Below, piece by piece: positions 24,016-37,230 of a stretch of DNA of 64,000 nt. The stretch lies in NCBI GenBank assembly GCA_043228905.1, contig JBHGNT010000022.1:1736001-1800000 (forward strand), written 5' to 3'. The stretch comes from Azolla caroliniana (taxonomy: Eukaryota; Plantae; Polypodiophyta). Every line of letters starts with the position of its first letter. The stretch's first letter is position 1. A program made the translations under genes and the position numbers. The notes below the pieces were generated by a model, which worked only from the letters and a program-made list of their open reading frames with translations, did no database searches and had not been told where the DNA came from.

Positions 24016-24639
24016 TGTCATGAATACATAAACATCATGGCTTCACTTGAACTTAAACCCAAGACCTTGTTATATATAATCAAGAACCTAATCATTAAGA
24101 TAGCCTATGATAATATGAGATGATAAAAGCTACTTTCTAATACACTGATTATTGTAAATACTCTGGAACGTTCTAGAACATCTAAGAATATTCTAGGTCT
24201 AGAACATTTTAGAACATTATAGACATCTCTAGGCTATTCTATAGGAACCTATAAATATAGACATACAATTCTTCTCAAACCAATTCGAATCAACACCAGT
24301 CTTAAGCTCTCATCACCTATCTTGTATCCATTCTCATTCTATCTAATACATTCATTATTCTCTTATCATTTCATTCCACTCTTCTTGTGATCTCTTTACC
24401 CGGGGGCTTCACTATCAAAACTTGTATGCTAGCACGTGAGTTCATCAAAGGGGGTTTAAATTAACCATTGAGATACAAAATGTACATATATAAGGGTATT
24501 AATAAATACATAAAAATATATTTACATAAGGGTATTATCAATTATGCCGGAGAAAAAAATTACATAAGCACATGAAATATTAGATATTTCAATGAGATAG
24601 TAAAGAATATATTGTGTAAACAATAGTCAAATTTGGAGT

Positions 24640-25026
24640 AGCATACATACATATATACATATACATGCATACATGCATTATTTTAGCATAAATACCTACA
24701 TTTAAACATTACATCCATGAATATGTGTATACATACATTACACCCATTTATACATGCATACTGGCTAAACATGAATATATGTAAAAATTATGCACATACA
24801 AATATACATACCAAACACAAAAAATACACATACATAAATAAATTACATATTATATATACACATACACATGCACATAAATATGTACAATCACATATTATAT
24901 GTATTACAAATCGACATACATACGAACAAGTTGCACACACACACACACAAATAAATTACATATTACATATCATATAATCCATACATTTACACTGTCACAA
25001 TATGCAAATTTACATACATAGATGCA

Positions 25027-25057
<31 letters not shown>

Positions 25058-26662
25058 CATTATATATGTACATACATATTTCACATATCTCCATATATAT
25101 ATATACATATATATATATATAATATATATATATATAGGTTATATGGGACCATACAAACTACAATACTTACATATATACATACATTCACACACATTCGATA
25201 TATGAGTGCATATTACGTACATATTACAAACATACATCCATATACGATCCATACACTTACATATGCACATATATATGTATTTATTGTATGTATATATTGT
25301 ATTGTATGCTCAAATACACACATACACACGTGCCATACATCGAATACATACAATAAATACACATGCATGTGTAAAGAACATACACACACACACACACACA
25401 TGTCATACATACAACACATTTAATACAATACAATATGTTGTACATACACACATACATATATACACATGCAATATAATACATACATATGTACATCAATAGA
25501 AAATACACACATACATACATAGACACATGATATATATACAATACATAGTACATACATATGTAGAAATATAGAACACACACACACATGTATAGAACATACA
25601 CACACATATAGCACATACATATGTACACACATGCCATACATACATATGCACATATATAGGACATACACACACATAACACATATGTACATGGACACATGCC
25701 CCATATACAATACATACATGTGCACGTAGATATAACATACACACACATAACACATAGATACATTATACATACTCACATGCCATACATACAACACATGCAA
25801 CACAATACAATATGTCATACATACAATGCAATTAATACAATATGATACATTGCAATATAGGTAGCCTGACAATAGGTCAACATTCTTGTAATAACTGTTT
25901 ATAACTAATGAAACGATATATTTCGGGGAAAAAAAATGCAATGCAATCCAGTATGCACATACGTGCATATACACATCAATACATACAATCAACAAATACA
26001 TATATATGCATGCAATACAATACATTTACACATATATAGAGCACACACACAAACACACATGTTATACATATAATGTATATAATACATACACACCCATATA
26101 ACACATACATACGTATACACACATGCAATACAATATCTACATACATATGCACATACATAGAACATACACACAAGCACATAACACATACCCTACATACTCA
26201 CATGCAATACACACAATATATACAATACAATATGTACATACATACATACACACAACACATACATATATATACATGTACGTACATACATACACACAACACA
26301 TACATGTATACACATGCAAATATATACAACATACAGACACACACACATACAAGATACATACACACATGCCATACATATAATATATACAATACATACATAT
26401 GCACATGTATAGAACACACATACAAATCACATACTTACATATGCACATGCCATACATACAATAAATACAATACATACATATGCACATATATAGAAGATAC
26501 TTACATATGCACATGCCATACATACAATACATACATATGCACATATATAGAACATACTTACATATGGCCATGCCATACATATAACACATACAATAAATAC
26601 AATACATACATATGCACATATATGTATAGAACATATGTCACACATACCACATACTTACATAT
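24640..26662 (+). repeat. TACA/CATA-rich low-complexity array (left subterminal region; continues 31773-32180)
   Basis: Degenerate units such as CACATACTTACATATGCACATGCCATACATA; the array is continuous across the nested copia. Confidence 0.9.
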
Positions 26663-29600
26663 TGTAGAAAGTAGCGTGCGGAAGCAAGTATGAAGACCGA
26701 ACAGAAGGAAGGAAACTCAGGTTCAATGGAGAGCTTAAGCTTACACGGTATACGCAGGAGAGACAGAGAGAGTGAGAGAGAAGACAAAAAACTATATTCA
26801 ATAATAATACTCAGTCTGTATTCACCACTCTGTATACATGTGTGTTCCATGAACATTTTTATACAAGTCCTCGAAGGACTGACCGAAGTACTGATGGTAC
26901 TTCAATGCTCATTAAGAGCTCCTACACTAGCTCCCAAACATATTCCTCACGGAATATCTTTCCTAACGGCCTCCCGGTTTACGCACTCAGGCTAACCGAT
27001 CGGTCCCAACCGATCCAGTCCTCGGCTTCTTCAGCCGATCCGGCCGATGTTGAGCTTGTCTCTCAACACTCCCCCTCAAGCTCAACTTGAGGCTCTTCGG
27101 GATCTTCACAGCACCGGTTCCTCCTGGCTTCTCGCCTCGCTCGCGCTCCTCGACCTGTTCGACTCCGCGCGCTTCGACCCTTCCAATCGGCTTGTTTGCT
27201 CATGCGGCCCTTATCAGCTCTTCTACTGTTGCGGTGTTGACGCTTCTCCTGCTGCCTTTTCTTCCGCTTGGGCCTCGGTTGATTCAGCGTGTCTGAATCA
27301 AACATCCGAACCGACTCGGCTACCTCCGATCGGTTTTTGCTCTCGTCCGAGTTGGCTGTCTCCAACTCGTCTTCGGTCTTCTCGCCCTCAGTGGCATCAT
27401 CTTCCCCATGCATGGTTGGCTTCGGCTCTCTCCTTCGGTTGCTCCCCTTCTGTCCTCTTCCGGACTTCTTCAGCCGTCCTCCCTCGGCTTCTTCAGCCGA
27501 TCCGAAGTCGAACTTGACAACCGAGTCAACCGACTTGGTGTCGCGGTCTTCGTTCCTTTCCTGCTGCCTTGCTTGGTCATTCGGGACTTTTCTCCCCCTC
27601 AAGTTTGGCACGTCGAGGTGACGCAATCTGAGCGCACTTGAGAATTGCCGCAACTTGTCCAGACCAAGAGGTTTGGTGAAGATGTCGGCAGTCTGCCGAT
27701 CCGTCGGCACGTATTGAAGTTCAACTTCACCGGAAAGGACACGCTCACAGACGAAATGGTAGTGCACCTCAATGTGCTTGGTCCGTGCGTGGAAAACGGG
27801 GTTTTTCGCGAGCTGGATGCTGCTGAGGTTGTCGCAGTAGATTGTCGTCGGATCGGACACCTCCTCTTGCAGGTCCTTAAGTAGCCACTTCAACCATATG
27901 GCTTCGCATGTCGCGACAGCCGCTCCTCGGTACTCAGCTTCGGTGCTCGACAGTGCAACTGTCGGCTACTTCTTACTGCTCCACGCGATCGTGGCACTCC
28001 TGAGGGAGAACGCGTATCCGGACGTGGATCGGCGATCGGCGGCATTGCCAGCCCAATCAGCATCGGTGTAGCCGACTAATTGTGCGGCTGCACCGGTCCG
28101 ATATAGCAGTCCTCGGTCCTTAGTGCCGTTGACATACTGAAGTATGCGTTGCGCACACTAAAGGTGCTCCTCCGTAGGTCGTGCCATGAACTAACTGATC
28201 ACTCCGACCGGATAACTGAGGTCGGGTCGGGTGATGGTCAAGTATATGAGGCTTCCGACAATTTGTGGGAACCTCGTCGGGTCGCATACCTTTCCCATAT
28301 CGGGACGAAGCTTGATGGTTCTGTCCAGAGGAGTCGAGACGGGCTTACAGTCGGCTATCCCGAGTTTAAAGAGCATACTTAGCACGTAATGACGTTGGCT
28401 GATCAATATGCCTTCGTGGGTACGGATCACTTCAATCCCGAGGAAGTAATGAAGGTCCCCCAGATCCTTCATGTCGAACGATGCCGCAAGCTGGAGCTTC
28501 ACGCGGTCGATTTTACCTAGGTCGGCGCCGGTGATGTCCAAGTCATCGACATATAGTAGAATACTAACCGGTCCGAGTCGACCTTTCCGGATGAACAGGG
28601 AAGAGTCCGATTTTGACGTGATGAAGCCCAGCCGACGCAGTTGTTGCGTGATCTTCGCGTTCCAGGCACGCGGGGCTTGCTTCAGTCCGTAAAGAGACTT
28701 CTTCAGTCGGCATACTACCGAGGAGTTCGTTCCAGAGTGAAATCCGGGGGGTTCTACCATGTACACCTGTTCCTCAAGGTCACCTTGCAGGAACGCATTC
28801 TAGACATCCATCTGATGTAGGTGCCACCCCTTGGCCGCGGCTATTGCGAGCAAAACACGGACGGTCGTCATTTTCGCGACCAACGCAAACGTCTCATCGT
28901 AGTCGATGCCGTGTTTCTGCGCGTAGCCCTTTGCCACTAGCCGAGCCTTATACCGGTTGACCGAACCATCGGTGTTGTACTTGACTTTGTACACCCATCT
29001 ACACCCGATCGGCTTCACACCCTTCGGTGCGTCAACCAGGTCCCAGGTCTCGTTCTCTGCCAATGCGTGCATCTCTTCCTCCATCGCGGCACACCAATTC
29101 GCGTCTTTAGCCGCTTCTGCGTAGCTCTCTGGCTCACGCACTTCCGCTACACGGGTCATGTACGCATAATGATGCGCCATGTACTCGTTGTAACCGAACC
29201 GCACAACTGGGTTCTTTTGGCGGGTAGATCGGCGTAATCTCACATTAGCCGATGTCGAGGCCTTCTCGGTTGACACGGTCTTCATCTTTAAAGACCTGTC
29301 ACCGCCTCGGCCCGATAGAACTTGGGCAAGCTCTTCTCCTCCAGCATTGCCCGTGCCGCTTCTACAACTAACCGATTCTTCCTCTCGGCCACGCCGTTCT
29401 GCTCCGGCGTGTATCTACAACTAAATTCGCGCTGAATTCCCATTTGTTGTAGATAACCGTTGAATTGACCGGAAAAGTACTCTTTTCCGCCATCCGATCG
29501 CAGGCACTTGATCTTTCGTCCCGTTTCTGTTTCCACGAACCCTTTGAGGTCTCGGAAACAGTCGAAGACTTCGCTCTTCCTCTCAATGAGGTAGATCCAT

Positions 29601-31772
29601 GTGTGCCGCGTGTGGTCGTCGATGAAGGAGAAGAAATATCGGCTCCCGCCAAGACTAACGTTTTGTGCCGGCCCCCATACATCGGAGTGTATAAGGTCGA
29701 GCTTGTTCTGGCTCCGGTTTCGCTCGTTGGGGAAGGGAAGTCGGTGTTGCTTCCCGAGCTGGCAGACTTCACAAATTTGTCCCTTTCAGCCACTAAATTT
29801 GGGCAATTCGAATACTACCTGTTTCGATTGCAGATCTTGAAGCCGCTGGTGGTTGACGTGGCCTATCCGCTTGTGCCACAAGTCGATGTCCGACTCAGTC
29901 TTTTGTCCCTTTGCGAACATTGCGGTGCCTCCATTAGTGGAGTTGAGGATGAACATCCTCCCGTCTCTGCGCCCTTGCGCAATCACACGGCCTTCTTCCT
30001 CAATGAAGCACCCGAGGTGTGTAAACCAAACCTCCATCCCTTGGTCAACGATTTGTCCGACCGAGACCAAGTTTTTCGTGATTGTCGGAACGTGCAGTAC
30101 GTTCATGAGTTTCCCTTTTTGCCCGACATGGCTAAGGGGAACTTCTCCGACATTCGAGATCGGATGCGGAGTGTCGTCTCCTGTTGCGACTACTCCAGGT
30201 TGTATCGGTTTTTCAAGGTACGAGAACCACTCCTTATGGCTCGTCATGTGGTTTGACGCGCCGGAGTCTACGTACCACACCTCATCCGATCTCGGGGTGG
30301 TCTGTTTCATTGAGTTTGCTTCGTGTCTTGTCACGAAGGCAGTCCCTTCTCCGGCTCTCCCGGAGTCTTCGGCGTAGTGCGATCGCTGCCGATTTCCCTT
30401 GTCGGTATGTCTGGAGCCGTTCCCAGAACCAGTTCTCTCCGAATCGGCGCGCTTCTTCCAACACTCACTTTCCCTGTGGCCTTTCTTGCCACATTACTAG
30501 CACTCCGCGATGGACTTCCCTTGCCGGTTCTCATCGCTTCGACTCCCCCTGTTTCCGAAGGCTCCGGAGTTGCTGTCGGCATCACTTCGGTGCCTTCTTC
30601 CCTGATCTCGTCGGCCGCCTCCATTGCGCGCCGACTCGCCTCATCCTCCACGTCCACGAGGCATATCTCCCTCTGTGTACAACATTCTGCTATCGGTGTG
30701 TGTGCTTGTAGACGCACCTGCGTGGTTCTCCTCTACCAGGAGCATCGACTGTAGGTCAAAAAAGGACGGCGTATTCTCCCGGGTACAAACAGCCGTTCGG
30801 AACGCTCCGAACTTCGATGCCAAACCTCTGAGACAGATCTGGACCATCTCGCTCTCCTCAATGTTCACCTCTATGGAGATGAGGGAGTCGCAGATATCCT
30901 TGATCTTCGAGGTATAGTCTGCCACCGACAAGTCGCGTTGTCGTAGGTTGCTCAACTCCTGTCGGAGCTGAAGCTTCCTGGCTGTGGTGCTCGCGGCGAA
31001 AATCTTCTTTAGATTTTCCCACGCACCCTTCGGCGTCTTTGCATCCCGAACATAGCTCAATAGCTGTTCGCCCACACATGACGCGAAGCAGTATAATACC
31101 CTGTTCGCCGATTGCTCCCACGACGGAAAGTCTCTGTGTGTCGATTCGGGTGCCGCGTCAATAGCTCCTTCGACATAACTTCAGTAGTCGTGCCCGAGCA
31201 GGTACTGGTACTGGTGCATCTTGTAGGACCAAGACGCGTAGTTGGTTTTGTCGAGCTTCTCTGTTGGAAGCGAGCTCGCCATGCCTCTATCCATCGTTCT
31301 TCTTGTTCTTCTTCGTCAAGCTGTGTCGACTGCAGAGAGGTTCTCAACCCTCGCGCTCTGATACCATGTAGAAAGTAGCGTGCGGAAGCAAGTATGAAGA
31401 CCGAACAGAAGGAAGGAAATTCAGGTTCAATGGAGAGCTTAAGCTTACACGGTATACGCAGGAGAGACAGAGAGAGTGAGAGAGAAGACAAAAAACTATA
31501 TTCAATAATAATACTCAGTCTGTATTCACCACTCTGTATACATGTGTGTTCCATGAACATTTTTATACAAGTCCTCGAAGGACTAACCGAAGTACTGACG
31601 GTACTTCAATGCTCATTAAGAGCTCCTACACTAACTCCCAAACATATTCCTCACGGAATATCTTTCCTAACGGCCTCCCGGTTTACGCACTCGGCCTAAC
31701 CGATCGGTCCCAACCGATCCGGTCCTCGGCTTCTTCAGCCGATCCGGCCGATGTTGAGCTTGTCTCTCAACA
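26663..31772 (-). mobile_element. Ty1/copia element with paired 406-bp LTRs, internal deletion and stops
   Basis: LTRs 26663-27068 and 31367-31772 (about 7 differences); PBS TGGTATCAGAGCG (31354-31366); PPT 27069-27080; flanking duplication ATAT; gag, PR (WYVDSGAS), INT, RT (YVDD) and RH ORF pieces. Confidence 0.95.
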
Positions 31773-32339
31773 ATATGCACATGCCACACATATAGCACAT
31801 ACAATACATACATATGCACATATATAGAACATACACACATATCACATACTTATATATGCACATGTCACACATATAACACATACAATGCATACATATGCAC
31901 ATATATAGAACATACACACATATCACATACTTACATATGCACATGCCATACATATAACACATACAATACATACATATGCACATATATAGAGCATACACAC
32001 ATATCACATACTTACATACACACATGCCATACATACGACACATGGAATACAATACATACATATGCACATGTATAGAGCGTACACACATACACACAAAGAA
32101 TATGTATGCATACCCACACGCCACATGCATAAACACACGCACACACGCACACATGTATAGAACATACATACATACACATGCTACAACACTATTTTTAAAT
32201 CACTAATTGTTTTAAAAAATGGGGGAAGAAAGGGGGGAAAGATTAGATAGATATGTGGTGTGTAACGTGTGGTAGAAAAAAGGGAGGGAAAAGAAGAAAA
32301 GGGGGAGGGGGGAAGAGAGAGAGAGAGAAGTTGGAGGGT

Positions 32340-33990
32340 GATGGATCCTGGAATGGCCTCACCGCCATGGAAGGTGCCATGGATTCTACCACTGCAGCCA
32401 CAACCCTGATGCTCATGGACCAAGCAGTGCAAGAAGAAGAAGAAGATCAAAGCACCTCCACGGCCTGTTGAATACGGGGGTCTAATGGACGTATTCACAT
32501 TGTCTCCTTTTGTACACACTAGGCTTAGACTATTTATGTAAATACTGAGAAGGGCAGTTGCCCTAAGGATGGTCGCGAGACGGCCTGTTATAGCGCACGC
32601 CATCGGAGTCGTCAGCAGATTTATGCATAACCTCAGTCGATCGAATTGGAACGCATTTAAGCATGTGTTCAAATATCTGGCAGGCACAAAAGATCTTGGT
32701 ATTCTGTTTGGACCGAATGACAACTCAGGCGTAGTCGGATATACCGACTTTGACTTAGCGGGTTGCATAGATAGCCGAAAATCAACAACCGGATATTGTT
32801 TCAAACTTGTAAATGGGGTCATCTCATGGAAATCCAAACTTCGGGAATGCATGGCTACATGAACGACTGAAGCCGAATACATAGTTGCTTCCGATGTGGC
32901 GAAAGAGGCCTTATGGCTTGGCCGGCTGGCCTACACGTTTCAACAGGCCGAAATCAGTTCGACTCTGATTGTTTATAGCAACAATCAGGGTGTTGTCTCT
33001 CTATCGAAAATTCCGGTTCAACATAACACCTTCAAGCATATCAACGTTCGATATCACTTCATTTGGGACTGTGTCATTTCAGGGAAAATCGGCCTTGCGA
33101 AGATATCTACCGCCGATAATATCGCGGATGCAATGACCAAGTGTCTCTCGGCAGATCGATTTCGATCTCTTAGACAAAACATGGGTGTAATGGAGAATTG
33201 GTTCGATTAAATCGAACAATTGCGATCCTTTTTGCGGACACCAGACTTCGGTTGTTCGAAGCCTTGTATCAATCTATATTATAAACTCGTTTCAAGTATA
33301 AGTTTACTATGTATACGCCCATTACGGAGGAGTGTTGAATACGGGGTCTAATGGACGTATTCACATTGTCTCCTTTTGTACACACTAGGCTTAGACTATT
33401 TATGTAAATAATAAGAAGGGAAGTTGCCCTAAGTTAGTCAGTATAAAACTGACTTCGTAACCTAGATAATGTTGTTGTTGCTCTTTGTTCTATTGCCTAA
33501 TATACAACTAGTTTGTTGTGCCTTTCTCTCTTTCTCTCTTGCGTGCTCTGCAGCATCTTGTTTAATGTTTCCATCTGCCATTGATCTTTCTGTCTACATA
33601 CACCACTTCTTGATCATCATATAGAAGATGTTCCACATTCGAAGGCGGCCCTTTCCCAACACGACCCGCCATCATCTCCGCCACTTGCAATCATCCAACT
33701 CATCCTCCTCCTCTAGTGGCCGGGCCAAGGTGGCCCGCCTTGAAGCAGTCCTGGAGGCCAAGGTCATCCAACTCATTGTTTCCGGAGAGTTCAAAACCCT
33801 ACTTCAACCAAACTTGGGGAAATCTGTCCCCATCGCTCGCCACCATGTATGTGTACCATTCCATGATGACGCCTCCACGGGGCAACGCGTGTGGGAGTGG
33901 CATGGCCACGTCCTTTCCCTGCATGATGATTACCATGACCATGAAGATGCTTCATATTCCCCTGAGCATGTACAACCAACAAGATGAAGA
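32340..33990 (+). pseudogene. Captured fragment of an uncharacterised conserved plant protein gene, interrupted by a mini-copia
   Basis: ORF 33628-33987 (FHIRRRPF...EAKVIQLIVSGEFKTLLQPNLGKSVPIARHHVCV...RVWEWHGHVL...YSPEH) resembles a conserved plant family with a WEWHGH motif, recognised from memory. Assignment of 32340-32465 to the same gene is tentative. Confidence 0.65.
32466..33602 (+). mobile_element. 1.1-kb copia deletion derivative related to the 9826 family
   Basis: Truncated 5' LTR (32466-32567) fused to the RT end/RNase H (MVARRPVIAHAIGVVSRF...), PPT, then 3' LTR 33333-~33602. No TSD identified. Confidence 0.85.
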
Positions 33991-34356
33991 AGATAAATGA
34001 TGGTAACAGGATAGGATAGATCGGAATGTCGTTCCTGATAGTTCAGCATCACAATGCCGGCCTCCCCTTCTTTTGAAATGACATGTAATGGGGAGTCATA
34101 AACCTTGGATAGTATGTGTTACTGCTTTGTGGTACCTAATAAAAACAAGTTCAATATTTATTGCTCTGTGTTAAGGAAATCAAGGGAGAAGTCGGGATAT
34201 GTGATGAGACTTGCCTTGCCTTGCCTTGCTTTGTAGTAAAAAAGTATTTATGGCTTGGATTTCTGCGAGTAACTCTAGAGAGAGAGAGAGAAACCTTTTT
34301 GACAAAGACGCAGAGAGAGACTCGTTCAGGCACACACAAATGGAGCAACGCCGCCG

Positions 34357-34767
34357 ATGGGTGCTTACAAATATGAAGAGGAGCTATGGAGGAAGAAACA
34401 ATTCGATGTCATGCGATTCCTTCTTCATTTTCGTTGCTAGGAGTATAGGCAACTTCTTGGAATGGTTCGCATCACTCGCCCTACCCAACCAAACAAAGCT
34501 CAGCGTCTCGGTTACAAGTAAAAACAGGGCTATGTCGTCTACCGTGTTCGTGTGAGGAGAGAACATAAGAGAGATGTCTCCAAAGGTATTGTTTATGGCA
34601 AACCAAAGAACTAGGGTGTTACACAATTGAAATTCCGATGTACTTTGCACTCTATTATGGAGGAGAGAGCTGGACGAAAGCTAGGAGGTTTACATGTGTT
34701 GAACTCTTACTAGATTAATCAGGATTCAACGTACACATATTTTGAGATTATTCTTGTGGATCCGGTT
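34357..34767 (+). pseudogene. RPL15: Intron-less, 3'-truncated 60S ribosomal protein L15 (eL15) copy
   Basis: [22 protein letters not shown]...[27 protein letters not shown]...[17 protein letters not shown]...[34 protein letters not shown], with in-frame stops. Confidence 0.93.
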
Positions 34768-34806
34768 TACTTCAGAAACCATGACTAATACTTACTCTTT
34801 TATAGT

Positions 34807-34843
<37 letters not shown>

Positions 34844-35135
34844 CACCATGAGCGTGATCGACCTCTTCGAAGTGACCCTCTAGCAAGCAAGGATGAGCTA
34901 CAAGAAGGTGGGAATTTGTTGCTTAGTACCATATCAATTTTTTACCATGTTTGTATGTGTCCATGTGTGCATGTGTATTTGCATATGCATGGTTGTGTTT
35001 CTATGTGTGTATTTGTATGCATGTATGAATGCATGCACACATGCAATTGCAACATTCTCTCTCATGTTTTTATTTCCATGTTAATTTGTGCATTTGCTAT
35101 TGTCCTTTCCAAGGCAAGAAGAGCTCTTTTGGTCT

Positions 35136-35267
35136 TGGGAAGCCTCATGAGGTGGTGATTTCTTTAGGAAGGACCCTACCAAGGTTGATTGGAGTAGATG
35201 TTACATTTTGAGGCAAGTTGTGGAGAGTATTGTTGCAATGAGACTTGCCTGTTGTTGCATTGTCCAA
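35136..35267 (+). pseudogene. SAMS: S-adenosylmethionine synthetase fragment 1
   Basis: RKDPTKVDWSRCYILRQVVESIVAMRLACCCIVQ corresponds to [34 protein letters not shown]. Confidence 0.85.
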
Positions 35268-35545
35268 CTATGTATTCGTCTTCTGACCTTGGTGGATATT
35301 GAGCCTTGTTCTTCACTCATTGTGGCATGTTTTCTCCTTTTTCATGCAAATAAAGTCGTGAGAAATGATTAAACATTGTTCTTCTTAGGAGCTTAGTAGA
35401 AACCAAGTCTGGTTGTGCATATTGGTCAAGCAATGTATAATAGTTTAGGAAAATAGCTTTATGCATTCAATGTGTTTCCTTTTTATTCTTGAAATTAAAA
35501 AGAAATGATGAAAATATTTTTACTTTAGGAAACCCTAATCCCAAT

Positions 35546-35689
35546 GATTTTCAACCTAGGATGATGGCTATCCACGACCTTTGCAGAGGCAAAAACAAAA
35601 GTTAGTAGAAGACCCCTGCATATGGTCACTTTGGTCGTGATGACCTTGATTTCACATGGGAAATCATTAAGCCATTGAAGTGGGAGAAA
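35546..35689 (+). pseudogene. SAMS: S-adenosylmethionine synthetase C-terminal fragment 2
   Basis: DFQPRMMAI...[27 protein letters not shown] matches the plant SAMS C-terminus. Confidence 0.88.
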
Positions 35690-36183
35690 ATTGAGCTCTG
35701 CATAACTTTTGATTAGTAATTGTTAGAATGAAACAAAAAATCGACAAAATTTACTATTATGACTATGGTCTATGTCTTTCTTTCTATAAGAGAAGTATGC
35801 AAAAATAAGAATGAAATGGTTGGAAAGGAAAGTATAGAGGAAGGAGAGGATATTTTGCTTATTCTAATTTTTTCCTCTTAACGCTCCATTTTAACTAATA
35901 TGGGAATTTTGTTCCATTTGTTTGAAGTTTTTTCTTTAGATATTTGTTTTCTTTTGATTATTTCAAATGGAAGAAAAATAATGGATTATTTATGAACATA
36001 AGAGAGCAACAAATATTCACCTACTATGTGTGGTGGTGGAGATGCTAAGTTAATTGGATGTCTTCATCAAAGACTTGTTGTGCTTAATTGCTTTTCTATA
36101 TGATATCTTTGTGTTTAAGGATATGGAGCTTTTGATACTTGAGACTAGGCTTCACACCTATCTAGTTTTTATTTTGGTGTTCA

Positions 36184-36493
36184 ATCTACGATGAGAATGC
36201 ACGCACCATCAAGGCTCTCATACCATGAGTTTGTTTTTGGGTTACCTATCAAGGGAGGTCGAAACATGTATTTCTTCCTACGATTGTCTTTTGTTCTATC
36301 AATATGGCTGGTCTTCATTCCTTTCATGACTTTTAGGATGTGGAGGTTGGCATTTATTAGAAACATTTTTGAAGCCAAGTGGGTGTTTTTTCATTGAGTC
36401 ACAACCACTTTACTCTTCACTGACTGTGTTCGTGTATTTTTATTATCAGCTGACATTGTGTTCATCTTTCTTGGTGCTACATCATTACGAGAA
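36184..36493 (+). pseudogene. SUD1: Fragment of the Doa10/TEB4-type E3 ligase SUD1/CER9 (first transmembrane region)
   Basis: APSRLSYHEFVFG...FFLRLSFVLSIWLVFIPFMTFRMWRLAFIR...TDCVRVFLLSADIVFIFLGATSLRE. Confidence 0.85.
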
Positions 36494-36689
36494 TGCAAGG
36501 TCCTGATTTCTAGTTGTTGTAAAGGGAGGAGATTGATAAATAAATAATTACATGTGTTGTAATATAGAACTGTTTCCATTACTTTCCTCTCGTCTAATGA
36601 ATTATTGTTTGTTTGAAACATTATTTGAACCTTAGGTGTTTCATTATTATAGTAAGTTGGTTTTGCATGTGTTCGTTGCGAACTATATA

Positions 36690-36800
36690 ATTTATGGAAA
36701 AGGTGTACTAGAAAGAGATGTTGTATTGCCAATAGTGTGATTGACATGTATGTTAAATGTGGTTTGACCCATGTAGCACATATATAGCTTGATCAGCTTT
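36690..36800 (+). pseudogene. PLS-class pentatricopeptide repeat fragment
   Basis: GVLERDVV(L)/ANSVIDMYVKCGLTHVAH...LDQL contains the typical DMYxKCG PPR motif. Confidence 0.7.
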
Positions 36801-37019
36801 GCATATTGAAAGAGTCATATATTAATCTCTTCCTCGTTAAAAAATGTTGTGATGTGAGAAATTATTGAGCATTTGAAGGAACTTCTTGCAATGATGGAGT
36901 ATTCATGATGATTGTTGATGAAGTTTCATAATGTTTAAATAGAGAATAACTATCAAACCAAATAATGTGCTATTGAGTCTTTATTACTAAAAGAATATTC
37001 ATGATTTATGTGCAAATAG

Positions 37020-37230
37020 ACGTGAGCCACTACACACATACACATAACACATAGATACATACATACATACCATAAATCTAAGATATACAACACATGCATA
37101 CAATACATACATAAATAAACATGGAATACAATACAATGCATACATACATATGAACACACTCACTCACACACACACACACACAACCTATATATAAATTATA
37201 TACAACATATGCAATACAATATAATACATT
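37020..37230 (+). repeat. TACA-rich array (right subterminal region of the TIR element)
   Basis: Same units and same orientation as the left array (e.g. CACACATAACACATAGATACATACATAC). Confidence 0.8.

Noticed and set aside
24700-26700. Many Cys/Tyr/His/Met-rich ORFs
   Set aside because: Translation artefacts of the TACA/TGTA low-complexity array.
29465-30711. Long antisense ORFs over copia pol/gag (also 60943-63122)
   Set aside because: Shadow ORFs from GC-rich codon usage; no independent motifs.
34848-34908. MSVIDL start resembling syntaxin SYP7
   Set aside because: Similarity covers only about 5 residues before a stop, which is insufficient.
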